Source of the DNA: Planctomycetota bacterium
GTDB lineage: Bacteria; Planctomycetota; UBA1135; GCA-002686595
Direction: 5' to 3'
Assembly (NCBI GenBank): GCA_016220085.1
Contig: JACRIN010000066.1
Span: 34,525-98,524 of the forward strand
DNA: 64,000 nt
Of this stretch, positions 37,969-47,020 are shown piece after piece (position 1 is the first letter of the stretch; the number at the start of each line of letters is the position of its first letter). The translations under genes and the position numbers were made by a program. Below the pieces are notes generated by a model, which was not told where the DNA came from, did not search any database, and saw only the letters and a list, made by a program, of their open reading frames with translations.

Positions 37969-40236
37969 TCACCGGTACTCGTGCTGCAAGTTGCTCCAAC
38001 GAACGAGATTCGTGATCACGTTCGTCGCCACCATCTGCATATTGAAGTAGCGAAGGTACGGCGTCGGTTGCCCGGCAGCCTCGTCGTCATCAAGTGGTTG
38101 TGAGGAAGGCGGCACGCGCAGAAAAGTCTGGACGTAACCGGTCGCGCCGAGAAGCGGTTGGTACTGTGTCGCGAAGGTTGGCGTCGCATAGCTCCACGGC
38201 GTCGGAACCTGCTGCGCCGGCGGATTGGTCAGGTTGATGTAGCGCGTACGGAAGTCCACCGGGAGCGTCGGGTCGACGACTGGGGTCGGCAGCGCGGCGG
38301 GCGGAACTGTCCAAGCCGGAGGAGGGTTGATCACCTGAGGAAACCCGGTCGCCGAGAGCGCCGACAGGAAGCGCTGCGTGCCGTTGATCTGAACTTGGTA
38401 GGAACTGCCGCCGCTCGACACGAACAGATCTGGCAAGATGACGTAGCGTCTCGGCATGCCGACTGTGGCCGTCGGCGCGAGCGCGGTCGTGTGATTGTGG
38501 CTGATCGAGTCGTTCGACCAACTCCCCGCCATGATGAAACTCCCGACCTCGTCGAAGCCAACATCCACGCCCGGACCAAAGACCCGCGGGTTTCCCCACA
38601 CCTCCCCGTCCCAGCGAAAAATCTTCTGATCCGTGCAAAGCGAATCGATGAACTCCGCCCCGTTCTCCGCCTGGAGGTAGGCGTACGGGGGCTCGTCCGC
38701 AACGGCCGACACGCCGATGTCGGCCACGGGAGAGCCCGGCAACAGTCGCCAGTCGCGGTACGCGTAGTACGGGGTGGGCTGCGGGTTCATGACCTGGTTC
38801 AGGTATTCTCCCACGAATCCAGGGTCTATGCCGCCCGTCGCCTGGTTGTGCCCGTTCCACAGCTCTTTTCGCGGCGTCGGAAACGGGGCCGCCGCGGTTG
38901 GACCGCATGTCCCGAAAATCGCGCAGGTTCCGTCGTAAAACGGACCGCAGTGGTTCGGTCCCACAGTGCAGTCCCAGACCTCGAAGTCGTTCACGGATCC
39001 CTGGAAGATCGATACGACCGGCCGCGAGTAGAAAGTCGGGATGAAACCGGTCGCCACGCTGTTGTCTGCGCCCACCCTCTCCGGGTCGAACACGTTCGAG
39101 AGGTGCCAGGGGCCCTCCCCGCCGTAACGAACTCTGCAGTCCGCTTCGTCGACACCGAGCATGGCCATCGGCTTGGTCTGGGACGCCCACCCTCCGCCGA
39201 GCGGCATCGTTCTGAACAGGTTGTTGACTACGAGGAGATTCGATAACCCTCGGAGAGTGGTGTCCGCATCGCGCGAGGTCACCGCCGACAGGACGCAGGA
39301 AGGGTTGGTGACGTCGATCAGCGCGACAGCGTCCTCGCGGCAAGCGTTGACCCAGGTGGGGATCGACGACGCACTGGGTCGGCTGAACTCCGCCATGATG
39401 AAGGTGTTGTTCGTCACAACGAACCGCCGATCGAGATAGCCCCACGCGTGCACATTGTCGAAGAACGGCGCCACGAACATCAGACCGAAGTAGGGGCCAA
39501 CGACCGTGCTTCCTCCCTGGGTGATCCAATTGTGCCGCATGTCGAACACGCAGTTGGCAATGCGACCCGCGAACGCTCCGTCGTTGGTCTGCTGATTGGC
39601 GTCGCCGATCAACATTTGCACGTCTCCACCCTGAAGGGTGAACGCGTCGAAAGTCTCCGCTGCATCGATCGGCAGGCCAGACCACTTCGTGGCAACGTAC
39701 GGCTCGGACTGCTGCGGCAGTCCAGCCGTCTTCTGCGTCAGGATCCAGTCGACAAGGACTTCCCTCGCCCTGCGAAATCCGCCGAGCGACGCCTCTGGCC
39801 AGAAGACGGACTGCGTGGTCGACGACCCGCCGCGGATCACGCACGCCCTGGCGCTGGTGCCGCGAACGTGTACCCGATCCCGCATCACGATCGGAAGCAC
39901 GTCGCCGCTCCCGTTACTCCACGGTCCGTACAGGCCGGGAAGGGCATGAACGATGCCCATTTGCTGTGGCGCCGTGGTTCCGGGGTACGTCGCATCGAGG
40001 TGCAAGATCAACGCGTCGATGGCCGTCTGGAGCTTGCGATAGGGATGGTCCGGATCGTTGATCTGGGACGTGATCTCGCTGATCGGAGGATCGATTCCGA
40101 GGCCAGGATCGACCCAGGCGTGCGCGAAGTCGCAGCTCCATTGCGGATTGGGAGACTGGCTTCTCGCCGGCGCCGCAGTAGCGGCGAGCACGGAGACTAC
40201 CGATAAACAGAGGGCGATGCATCGAGTTGCAAGCAT
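37969..40236 (-). CDS. Secreted large hypothetical protein, probable right-handed beta-helix (755 aa)
   Basis: Signal peptide MLATRCIALCLSVVSVLAATAAPARS. YRKLQTAIDAL is a typical beta-helix opening. A 60-nt spot count gives about 62% GC. Confidence 0.65.
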   Translation of the reverse strand: MLATRCIALCLSVVSVLAATAAPARSQSPNPQWSCDFAHAWVDPGLGIDPPISEITSQINDPDHPYRKLQTAIDALILHLDATYPGTTAPQQMGIVHALPGLYGPWSNGSGDVLPIVMRDRVHVRGTSARACVIRGGSSTTQSVFWPEASLGGFRRAREVLVDWILTQKTAGLPQQSEPYVATKWSGLPIDAAETFDAFTLQGGDVQMLIGDANQQTNDGAFAGRIANCVFDMRHNWITQGGSTVVGPYFGLMFVAPFFDNVHAWGYLDRRFVVTNNTFIMAEFSRPSASSIPTWVNACREDAVALIDVTNPSCVLSAVTSRDADTTLRGLSNLLVVNNLFRTMPLGGGWASQTKPMAMLGVDEADCRVRYGGEGPWHLSNVFDPERVGADNSVATGFIPTFYSRPVVSIFQGSVNDFEVWDCTVGPNHCGPFYDGTCAIFGTCGPTAAAPFPTPRKELWNGHNQATGGIDPGFVGEYLNQVMNPQPTPYYAYRDWRLLPGSPVADIGVSAVADEPPYAYLQAENGAEFIDSLCTDQKIFRWDGEVWGNPRVFGPGVDVGFDEVGSFIMAGSWSNDSISHNHTTALAPTATVGMPRRYVILPDLFVSSGGSSYQVQINGTQRFLSALSATGFPQVINPPPAWTVPPAALPTPVVDPTLPVDFRTRYINLTNPPAQQVPTPWSYATPTFATQYQPLLGATGYVQTFLRVPPSSQPLDDDEAAGQPTPYLRYFNMQMVATNVITNLVRWSNLQHEYR

Positions 40237-40426
40237 GGCTGCGATCTCCGGGAAGGAAGTGGGCGGTGCAGGTCGCTACTCTATCAGAGTCGCATGGATC
40301 TCGCTGCGGCACGCGTCAGCTCGATGCATTCGATCAGAGCGAAGGGCGGAGGGGCGCCGGTTCACGAACCTCGCGGCCGACGACGGGCGCGAGGCCTGAC
40401 CGTCCCATCACGGGCTTCGAACTGTG

Positions 40427-40620
40427 TCACCCCGCCTCCGCGAGCAGCTCGCGCATCACGCCTTGCTCGCCGACGCGGCTGAGCAGACGCTGCCACCGCT
40501 TCGCGATTGCGTCGCGCGAGAGCGACAGTCGCGCCGCGACCTCGGCCTGCGGCATCCCCTCGAGCCCGAGATGCACGACCAGCAGTCGCTCGTCCTCCTC
40601 CGGCGACGCGCTCCACCGTG
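40427..40620 (-). pseudogene. Orphan 3' fragment (sigma-4 region only) of an ECF sigma gene, copy of 42032..42225
   Basis: Encodes ...EEDERLLVVHLGLEGMPQAEVAARLSLSRDAIAKRWQRLLSRVGEQGVMRELLAEAG*, compared with ...LEEDERLLVVHLGLEGMTQAEVAARLSLSRDAIAKRWQRLLSRVGEQGVMRELLAEAG* in the full gene. About 10 mismatches in about 187 nt. There is no sigma-2 region upstream. Confidence 0.8.
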
Positions 40621-41112
40621 CGAGCAAGTTCCGTCGCTCGCCGCGCGCGCCTACGGCATCAGCACGAAGCGCAGCGCGTTGCTGAGCGAGAGGTCGTTCG
40701 GCGCCGTGAAGCCCGGGTCGCGCGCGAACCACTGGCACCACACCGTCGTGCCGGGCACGTGCAGCGCCGGGTCGGCGTCGAAGTACCACGCGTACGTGTT
40801 GAAGTCGACGCCGAGCGAGCCGGTGCAATCGGCCGCTGGCAGCGCCGAACCTCCCGCGTTGCCGATCGGCGTGCGACCGAGCGGCGGGCGCAGGCACAAC
40901 GTCCCGCCGTGGAACGGCTGCGCGATCGCGCCGCTGACGGTCCAGGCCAACGCTCCGAGAGTCTGGTTGCGGATGTCGGTCGCCCACACTTGGAAGCCGC
41001 GGTCGGCCGACGCGCTCGGAATCCCGAACTCGTGGATCTGCGGCACGCATCCGAGCGAGTTCGTCTTCGCCACGCAGTAGCGCTCGACCTCGGGCGCGGG
41101 CATGAAGGCGAG
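40607..41112. repeat. Second copy of the 506-bp ~98% identical tract (see 36675..37180)
   Basis: Same alignment as for 36675..37180. Confidence 0.85.
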
Positions 41113-41892
41113 ACCCGAGTACTGCTGCGTCAGCTTGACCTTCATGGTCGCGGTCAACGTGGTGAGATCGATCGTGTAGAGCCCGGTCTTGCCGTTCGAC
41201 GTCGCGTAGTCGTTGTAGGAGCCCCAGAGCACGCCTTCGCTGGAGAACGCGAGGTCGTCGAACTGGCCAGCGCCGAGCGACAGATTCCCGAGCTTCGTCG
41301 CGACACCGGTCGCCAGATCGAGCGAATAGATCCGCGGGTTCTGGACTCCGGTCGTGATCGCCCGACCGTTCCGATCGATCGCGAGCGTCGTGTACGCATC
41401 GGTCGTCGGCGTAACGGGAGCGATGAGCGCCAACGCTCCAGTCGCAGGGTTCACGTGATAGAGCCTGAAGTCGATCAGCGCGTAGATCTGAGCGGTCGTC
41501 GGATCGCGCTCAACGCTGGCCGTCGTGGCCTTGAATGGCAGCTCCGCGATCGGCTGGCGGCGAGCGCTCGCTGGAACGATTTCGACGAGGTGATTCGGCA
41601 ACGGCGGCACGCTGATCTCGTCGATCGAAAGGAATACGCCGTCGGAATAGGTGAGGCCGATCAGTCCGGCCGCGTGCTCGAGTGTGTGCGAGGACTGCAC
41701 GAGGCCAGTCCGCACATCGAGCTCCAACAGGTCGGGGAACCCGCTGGGATGCTCGATCGCGAAGAACAGCTCCTGCGCGCGAGCGGGACTGTGCGCGGCG
41801 AGCAGCACGGACGCCGCGACGGCCGCGCGTCGCCATCGTTGCAGCCCGCGCGCTCCCGCAAGGCGCCAGACGTCAAACGTGTTGAGGGTCAT
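40651..41892 (-). CDS. Secreted protein, paralog B of 36719..37915 (413 aa)
   Basis: ATG 41892 (MTLNTFDVWRLAGARGLQRWRRAAVAASVLLAAHSPARA). The last ~150 aa are nearly identical to paralog A, and the N-domain is roughly 55-70% identical by eye. Confidence 0.7.
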   Translation of the reverse strand: MTLNTFDVWRLAGARGLQRWRRAAVAASVLLAAHSPARAQELFFAIEHPSGFPDLLELDVRTGLVQSSHTLEHAAGLIGLTYSDGVFLSIDEISVPPLPNHLVEIVPASARRQPIAELPFKATTASVERDPTTAQIYALIDFRLYHVNPATGALALIAPVTPTTDAYTTLAIDRNGRAITTGVQNPRIYSLDLATGVATKLGNLSLGAGQFDDLAFSSEGVLWGSYNDYATSNGKTGLYTIDLTTLTATMKVKLTQQYSGLAFMPAPEVERYCVAKTNSLGCVPQIHEFGIPSASADRGFQVWATDIRNQTLGALAWTVSGAIAQPFHGGTLCLRPPLGRTPIGNAGGSALPAADCTGSLGVDFNTYAWYFDADPALHVPGTTVWCQWFARDPGFTAPNDLSLSNALRFVLMP

Positions 41893-42031
41893 CGAAGCGT
41901 CGGTCGCCGAGCAGATCGCCGCACGGGCCACCGCCATCGTCGGCGCAAACCACGCTCGCCGTCCAGGGGGACGACCGACGAATCTCGTGCGCACACGCCC
42001 TGACCGTCCGCCCAGAGCGCGCCACCGCCGT

Positions 42032-42628
42032 TCACCCCGCCTCCGCGAGCAGCTCGCGCATCACGCCTTGCTCGCCGACGCGGCTGAGCAGGCGCTGCCA
42101 CCGCTTCGCGATCGCGTCGCGCGAGAGCGAGAGGCGCGCCGCCACCTCTGCCTGGGTCATCCCTTCGAGCCCGAGATGCACGACCAGCAGTCGCTCGTCT
42201 TCCTCCAGCGACCCGATCCACTGCGCGAACAGCTTCAACCGCTCGTCGCGCGCGAGCCGCTGACTGACCGCGGTCGCCGAGTCCGGCACGTCACGCAGCA
42301 CGAGCAGGCGCTTCGACGGATCGCCGCCCGGCACGCCGCCGTCGGGTGAGCGCAGCTCGCGGAACACCTCGAGCATCACGTTCTTCGCGACGCGGAACAG
42401 CCAGTACCGAAACGACTGGCTCGCCGGATCGAAGCCGCGGAACGCCTTCCACGCGCGGCACCACACTTCCTGCACGACGTCCTGCGGATCGACGAACGAG
42501 CGCAGCTCCGGCCGGATCCGCACCTCCGCCCACGTGTAGAGCGCGGGCGCGATGCGCTCGTAGAGCTCGGTGAAGCGCGCGCCGTCGCCCGCTTGGGCGG
42601 AAGGCGCCGGATCCGACGTGGGTTCCAT
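42032..42628 (-). CDS. ECF sigma factor (198 aa)
   Basis: ATG 42628 (MEPTSDPAPS...). Sigma-2 region DPQDVVQEVWCRAWKAFRGFDP...FRYWLFRVAKNVMLEVFR, and sigma-4 region LLVVHLGLEGMTQAEVAARLSLSRDAIAKRWQRL. The remaining ~1045 codons of track ORF 42032..45763 are an antisense artefact. Confidence 0.85.
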   Translation of the reverse strand: MEPTSDPAPSAQAGDGARFTELYERIAPALYTWAEVRIRPELRSFVDPQDVVQEVWCRAWKAFRGFDPASQSFRYWLFRVAKNVMLEVFRELRSPDGGVPGGDPSKRLLVLRDVPDSATAVSQRLARDERLKLFAQWIGSLEEDERLLVVHLGLEGMTQAEVAARLSLSRDAIAKRWQRLLSRVGEQGVMRELLAEAG

Positions 42629-42730
42629 ACGGCGTGCATTGTTACAGAGGTTGCTCGGCGCGGTAAGCTCGGGCGTGCGTTCGACGTTGCGCAACCCGCG
42701 CGGCGCCCGAGCGCGCACCTGCCGGTCCCC

Positions 42731-45700
42731 ATGTCCGACGACGCCGAGGTCTTCGACTTCCTGGACGAATACCTGCGCGATCGTTCCGCGGGAGCGACGC
42801 ACGAGCTGTCGCACTACTTGAAGCGCTTCCCGGGCTCCGAGGCGGCGGTCGCGCGCGAGTTCCTCGCGTTGCAGGAGAGCGTCAAGGGCGGAGTGACGAG
42901 CTCGCCGCGCTACGCCGAGGACCGGCGCGTCGGGCCGTATCGCCTGGTGCGCGAGATCGGGCGCGGCGGCCAAGGCGCGGTCTGGCTCGCCGAGGACACG
43001 CGCATCGCGCGGCGGGTCGCGTTGAAGCTCCTGCCGCCGAGTTTCGCCGCGTTGTCGGCGGAGCGGCGCGGACGCTTGCGGCGCGAAGCCGAGCTCGTCG
43101 CCAAGCTCGCCCACCCCGCGATCGCGACGATCTACGAAGCCCAGATCGACGGCGACACGCCGTTCATCGCGATGCGCTTCGTCGAAGGCGAGTCGCTCGC
43201 CGCGACGCTCGATCGCGCGAAGCGCGGCGAACGGAGCGAAGTCCTGCCGCTCCCGCCGCAGAACGCCGTCGAGCTCGCGAGCACGCTCGCCTTCTTCGAA
43301 CGCGCCGCGCGCGGGCTGCACGCCGCGCACGAAGCGGGCGTCGTGCACCGCGACGTCAAGCCGGGCAATCTGATGGTCGACGCGCACGGCGAGCCCGTCG
43401 TGCTCGACTTCGGCCAAGCGCGCGAGGAGGCGTCGGGCGAGCAGCCGCTGACGCTCTCCGGCGAGGTTTTCGGCACGCCGAGCTACATGTCGCCCGAGCA
43501 GGCGCGCGGCGAAGCGAAGTCGCTCGACCGTCGGACCGACGTGTGGTCGCTCGGCGCGAGCCTCTTCGAGTGCTTGACGCTCGAACGGCCGTTCCAGGGC
43601 GCGAGCTATCCGGTGCTGCTCGACGCGATCGAGCGAGCGAAGCTGCCCGATCCGCGTGCGAGGAACCCGATCGTCTCCGAAGAGCTCGCGGTCGTGCTCG
43701 AAACCGCGCTCGAGAAGGATCGCGAGCGACGTTACGCGAGCGCCCTCGAGTTCGCCGAGGACCTGCGGCGTCTGCGCGAATACGAGCCGATTCGCGCGCG
43801 AGCGCCGGGCGCCGCGTTGGTGTTCCGTCGTTGGGTCCAGCGCCATCCCGCGCTCGCGTCGGTGACGCTCGGCCTGATCTTCACGTTGTCGGTCGGGCTG
43901 GCGCAGACGCTCTACCTGCTCGCGCGCGAGGAGCACGCGTTGCGCTACGCGACCGGCCGCTACCTCGCCGAGCGCGCGGTCGACTTGATCCGCGAGGATC
44001 CGTCGGCGGCGCTGATCATCGGCCTCGACGCCGTCGAGCGCGCGCCGACGTACCAGACGCGCGCCGCGCTGTTCGCGACGCTCGACGCGTGCAGGCTCGA
44101 ACGGCCGTTGGTGACCACCGGCAAGCGCATCCTCGACATCGACGCCGCGCCGGATTCCGAGCACGCGTTGACCGCGCTCGACGACGGCACGGCGATCGTG
44201 TGGGAGCTCGCGACCGGCCGCCAGGTCTGCGCGACCGAAGCGCACCCGGGGACGGTGCGGCTCGCGCGCTACGTCGGCACGAGCGGGCTCTTCGCGACCG
44301 TGTCGACCGACGATCGCCTGCGGCTCTGGCGCGCGGACGACGGCTCGGCGGTCGGCTGGGTGTCCGCGCTCGGCGAGCTCACCGACTTCGCGGCCTCCAA
44401 CGACGGCTCGCGCTTCGCTACGTTCGATGCGAAGTCCGGGGCGGTCTCGCTGTGGAGCACGCACGAGCGGCGGCTGCTCGGCTCGGCGAGCACGACGCGC
44501 TTGCTCGCGCGCCGCTTCGCCCTCGCGCCCGACGGCGCGCGTGCGGCGGTGTGGGGTGAAGCCACGGGCGTGGAACAGCCGGGCTTCGTGCTGCTCGACC
44601 TCGACGAATTCGCGCGCGGCGCGAAGTCCTACGCCGCCGGCGACGTGCTCGACGTGCTCTTCGATGCGAGCAGTGAGCGCATGATCAGCGTCCGCGCCGA
44701 CGGCGAAGCGCGCGTGTGGAGCGCCGCCAAGCCCGAGCTCTGCGCGCCGACGATCGAGCTCCACGAACCGCTGAGCTCCGCCGCGTGGTCGCCCGACGGC
44801 GAGCACGCCGCGCTCGCCGGCGACGGACGCGTGTGGATCTGGGAGCTCGCGCGCGGACGGTGCATGCCGCTCGAGGGCGAAGCGTTCGGGCGCGTCGAGC
44901 AAGTCGAGTTCTCGCCGGACGGCTCGCTGCTCGCCGCGGTGTTGCACGGCAACGCGCTGCGCCTGTGGGACGTCGCGACCGGCGATCGCGTCGCCGAGTG
45001 CGTCAGCTATCTGCAGCCCGTGCGCCTGGTCTGGACGCCGGACGGCACGCGCGTGCTCTCGCAGAACAACGCGCACACCGCGCACGTGTGGTTCGGCGGC
45101 AACCGGCCCGACGTCTACGACCTGCGCGGGCACGTCGGCGCGCTGACGTCGGCGCATTTCGATGCGCGCGGCGAGCGCGCGCTGACGACTTCGAGCGACG
45201 GCACGGCGAGGCTCTGGTCGACGCCGACCAAGCCGTCGCTCGCCGACGCGGGCCGCTTGCTCGGCGTGCTCGACCATCGCCGCGGCGCGGTGCTCGGCGG
45301 CGAGTTCGCGCGCGACGGTTCGCGAGTGCTCACGTTCGGCGACGACGGGACCGTGCGCGTGTGGGATGCCGCGAGCCTGGCGCTCATCGGCGTGCCGATC
45401 GCGAACGACGCGGCGGTGGTCCACGCCGAGTTCGACCCAGCGATGCGTCGCGTGCTCGCGCTCGGCGCCGACGGACGCGCCTGGATCGCCGACGCGGAGC
45501 GCGAGGGCACGCGCCGCGAGCTCACGCATCCGGGCGCGCGCGCCGCACGCTTCTCGCGCGACGGGCGTTTCGTCGTCACCGGTCACGCCGACGGCACGGT
45601 CGCCGAGTGGAACGCGGCCGACGCGGGCCTGGTGTTCTCGCGCGAGGTGCGAGACGGCGACGGCGCATCGGTCGGCGTGCGCGCGCTCGCGGTCGGAGCG

Positions 45701-46240
45701 ACGAGGGATTGGCTCGCGATCGCCTGCGACGACACGCGGGCTCGCTTCTTCGAGCTCGGTCACGCCGAGGAAGCGCGCAAGGCGGTCGTGTTCTTCGCGA
45801 TGCAGTCGCTGTCGTTCGGCAACGGCGACACGCGGCTCTTCGCGACCGGTCCTGACGGTCGCGGCGCGATGAAGATGTGGGACCTAGAGCACGAGAGCGG
45901 CCAGCGGCCCGAGGTCTACCACTCCGCCGACCTGACCGGCGGCGTGTTCGACCACGGCGGGCGCTTCTTCGTCACGTTCTCGGAGGACGGCTCCGCCTAC
46001 GTGCGAGAGACGGCCGACGGCTTGCCGTTCGTGCACCTCGAGCTGCACCGCGGCGCGATCGTCGCCGCCGAGTTCAGCCCGGGCGAGCCGCTGCGCCTCT
46101 TGACCGCCTCGCGCGACGGCACCGCGCGCGTGTCGCCGGTCGATCCGTTGCCCGCGGCACTCGCGCGACTGCCGCGCGAGCTCTACGACTGGGAGCTCGC
46201 GCGCGAGCAACGGTTGGCGGCGCCGCTTTCGTTCCGCTGA
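42731..46240 (+). CDS. Membrane Ser/Thr protein kinase with a C-terminal WD40 beta-propeller region (1169 aa)
   Basis: ATG 42731. Hanks motifs GRGGQGAVWLAED, VALK, HRDVKPGNLMV, DFGQA and GTPSYMSPEQ. One TM (ALASVTLGLIFTLSVGLAQTLYLL). Many WD-like repeats follow (e.g. DGTAIVWE, DDRLRLWR, GNALRLWD, DGTARLWS, DGTVRVWD). Confidence 0.9.
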   Translation: MSDDAEVFDFLDEYLRDRSAGATHELSHYLKRFPGSEAAVAREFLALQESVKGGVTSSPRYAEDRRVGPYRLVREIGRGGQGAVWLAEDTRIARRVALKLLPPSFAALSAERRGRLRREAELVAKLAHPAIATIYEAQIDGDTPFIAMRFVEGESLAATLDRAKRGERSEVLPLPPQNAVELASTLAFFERAARGLHAAHEAGVVHRDVKPGNLMVDAHGEPVVLDFGQAREEASGEQPLTLSGEVFGTPSYMSPEQARGEAKSLDRRTDVWSLGASLFECLTLERPFQGASYPVLLDAIERAKLPDPRARNPIVSEELAVVLETALEKDRERRYASALEFAEDLRRLREYEPIRARAPGAALVFRRWVQRHPALASVTLGLIFTLSVGLAQTLYLLAREEHALRYATGRYLAERAVDLIREDPSAALIIGLDAVERAPTYQTRAALFATLDACRLERPLVTTGKRILDIDAAPDSEHALTALDDGTAIVWELATGRQVCATEAHPGTVRLARYVGTSGLFATVSTDDRLRLWRADDGSAVGWVSALGELTDFAASNDGSRFATFDAKSGAVSLWSTHERRLLGSASTTRLLARRFALAPDGARAAVWGEATGVEQPGFVLLDLDEFARGAKSYAAGDVLDVLFDASSERMISVRADGEARVWSAAKPELCAPTIELHEPLSSAAWSPDGEHAALAGDGRVWIWELARGRCMPLEGEAFGRVEQVEFSPDGSLLAAVLHGNALRLWDVATGDRVAECVSYLQPVRLVWTPDGTRVLSQNNAHTAHVWFGGNRPDVYDLRGHVGALTSAHFDARGERALTTSSDGTARLWSTPTKPSLADAGRLLGVLDHRRGAVLGGEFARDGSRVLTFGDDGTVRVWDAASLALIGVPIANDAAVVHAEFDPAMRRVLALGADGRAWIADAEREGTRRELTHPGARAARFSRDGRFVVTGHADGTVAEWNAADAGLVFSREVRDGDGASVGVRALAVGATRDWLAIACDDTRARFFELGHAEEARKAVVFFAMQSLSFGNGDTRLFATGPDGRGAMKMWDLEHESGQRPEVYHSADLTGGVFDHGGRFFVTFSEDGSAYVRETADGLPFVHLELHRGAIVAAEFSPGEPLRLLTASRDGTARVSPVDPLPAALARLPRELYDWELAREQRLAAPLSFR

Positions 46241-46595
46241 GGTCGTCGGCCACGCTGCCTCGCTTTGCTGGGCTCGCCGAGAGCGTTGAGCGCTGGACCG
46301 AGGCGGTCGCGGGAGGCTCGCGTCGCTCGGACGCGTCGGCCAGTCCGTTCGCGCCGAGCTCGTGATGAGCTCGTGATCAGCTCGCGCTGAACTTGGACCT
46401 CAGCCCGCGCCGGCGCACCGCGTCCCGAAGCGCCACGCGCGCCACCGGGGGGCGTCCTGCGCTCGCCGGTGGCACAGCGAAGCGAGGCACTGGTTCGTGG
46501 CGGGCTCACGGCGACCGATTTGCGGCGCTTTTCGGTCCCACCTCGCCGCGCGGGTTCACCTCTGCAACGGCGGCGCGTGCTGCCCCCCCAAGACC

Positions 46596-46985
46596 ATGCC
46601 CACCCCCATCCTGCGCGCGGGCTTCGTGCTCGGAGCCTGGCTCTGCGCCGCACTTCCGACGTTCGCGCTCCCGTCCGACGCGGCCGGCGAGCCCTGGAAC
46701 GACTGCAACCAGAACGGCGTCGAGGACGCGGTCGACATCGCGCTGGGCTCGTCCGCCGACGTCAATCAAAACGGCGTGCCGGACGAATGCGAGGCGCTCG
46801 AGCCGGCAGCCGAGCCCGCGCCGCGGAATCCAGGCGTTCGCCTGCAACCGGCGGAGCCCGCGTGGGTCTTTCCTTGCGTCGGGCGCGGGTGCTCGGAACG
46901 GATCGAACCTTTGACCGGGGGCGCGCGTCGAACTTCGGCGCGAGTTCGCCGCGACGGCGACGCCCGGAACGGTCTCGCCGGTTAG
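46596..46985 (+). CDS. Small secreted protein with a paired DxNxNG calcium-loop module (129 aa)
   Basis: ATG 46596 (MPTPILRAGFVLGAWLCAALPTFALP), then WNDCNQNGVEDAVDIALGSSADVNQNGVPDECE. The C-terminal half is low-complexity, so the stop and extent are less certain. Confidence 0.45.
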   Translation: MPTPILRAGFVLGAWLCAALPTFALPSDAAGEPWNDCNQNGVEDAVDIALGSSADVNQNGVPDECEALEPAAEPAPRNPGVRLQPAEPAWVFPCVGRGCSERIEPLTGGARRTSARVRRDGDARNGLAG

Positions 46986-47020
46986 CCTGGATCGAGTCCT
47001 CCTGCCGCCCGGTCCCCCCC

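Noticed and set aside
36675-42225. Diversity-generating retroelement (template/variable repeat) explanation for the repeated segments
   Set aside because: No reverse transcriptase gene is nearby. Mismatches between the copies are not confined to adenine positions.
42629-45763. Upstream ~1045 codons of the 1243-aa minus-strand track ORF 42032..45763
   Set aside because: It is antisense to the well-supported kinase-WD40 gene and has an Arg/Ala/Glu-rich composition typical of high-GC shadow frames. Only the last 198 codons (the ECF sigma) look real.
46469-47020. N-terminal extension of the 784-aa track ORF 46469..48823
   Set aside because: The extension is Arg-rich and overlaps the small secreted-protein gene in another frame. 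A clean signal peptide starts at ATG 47021.
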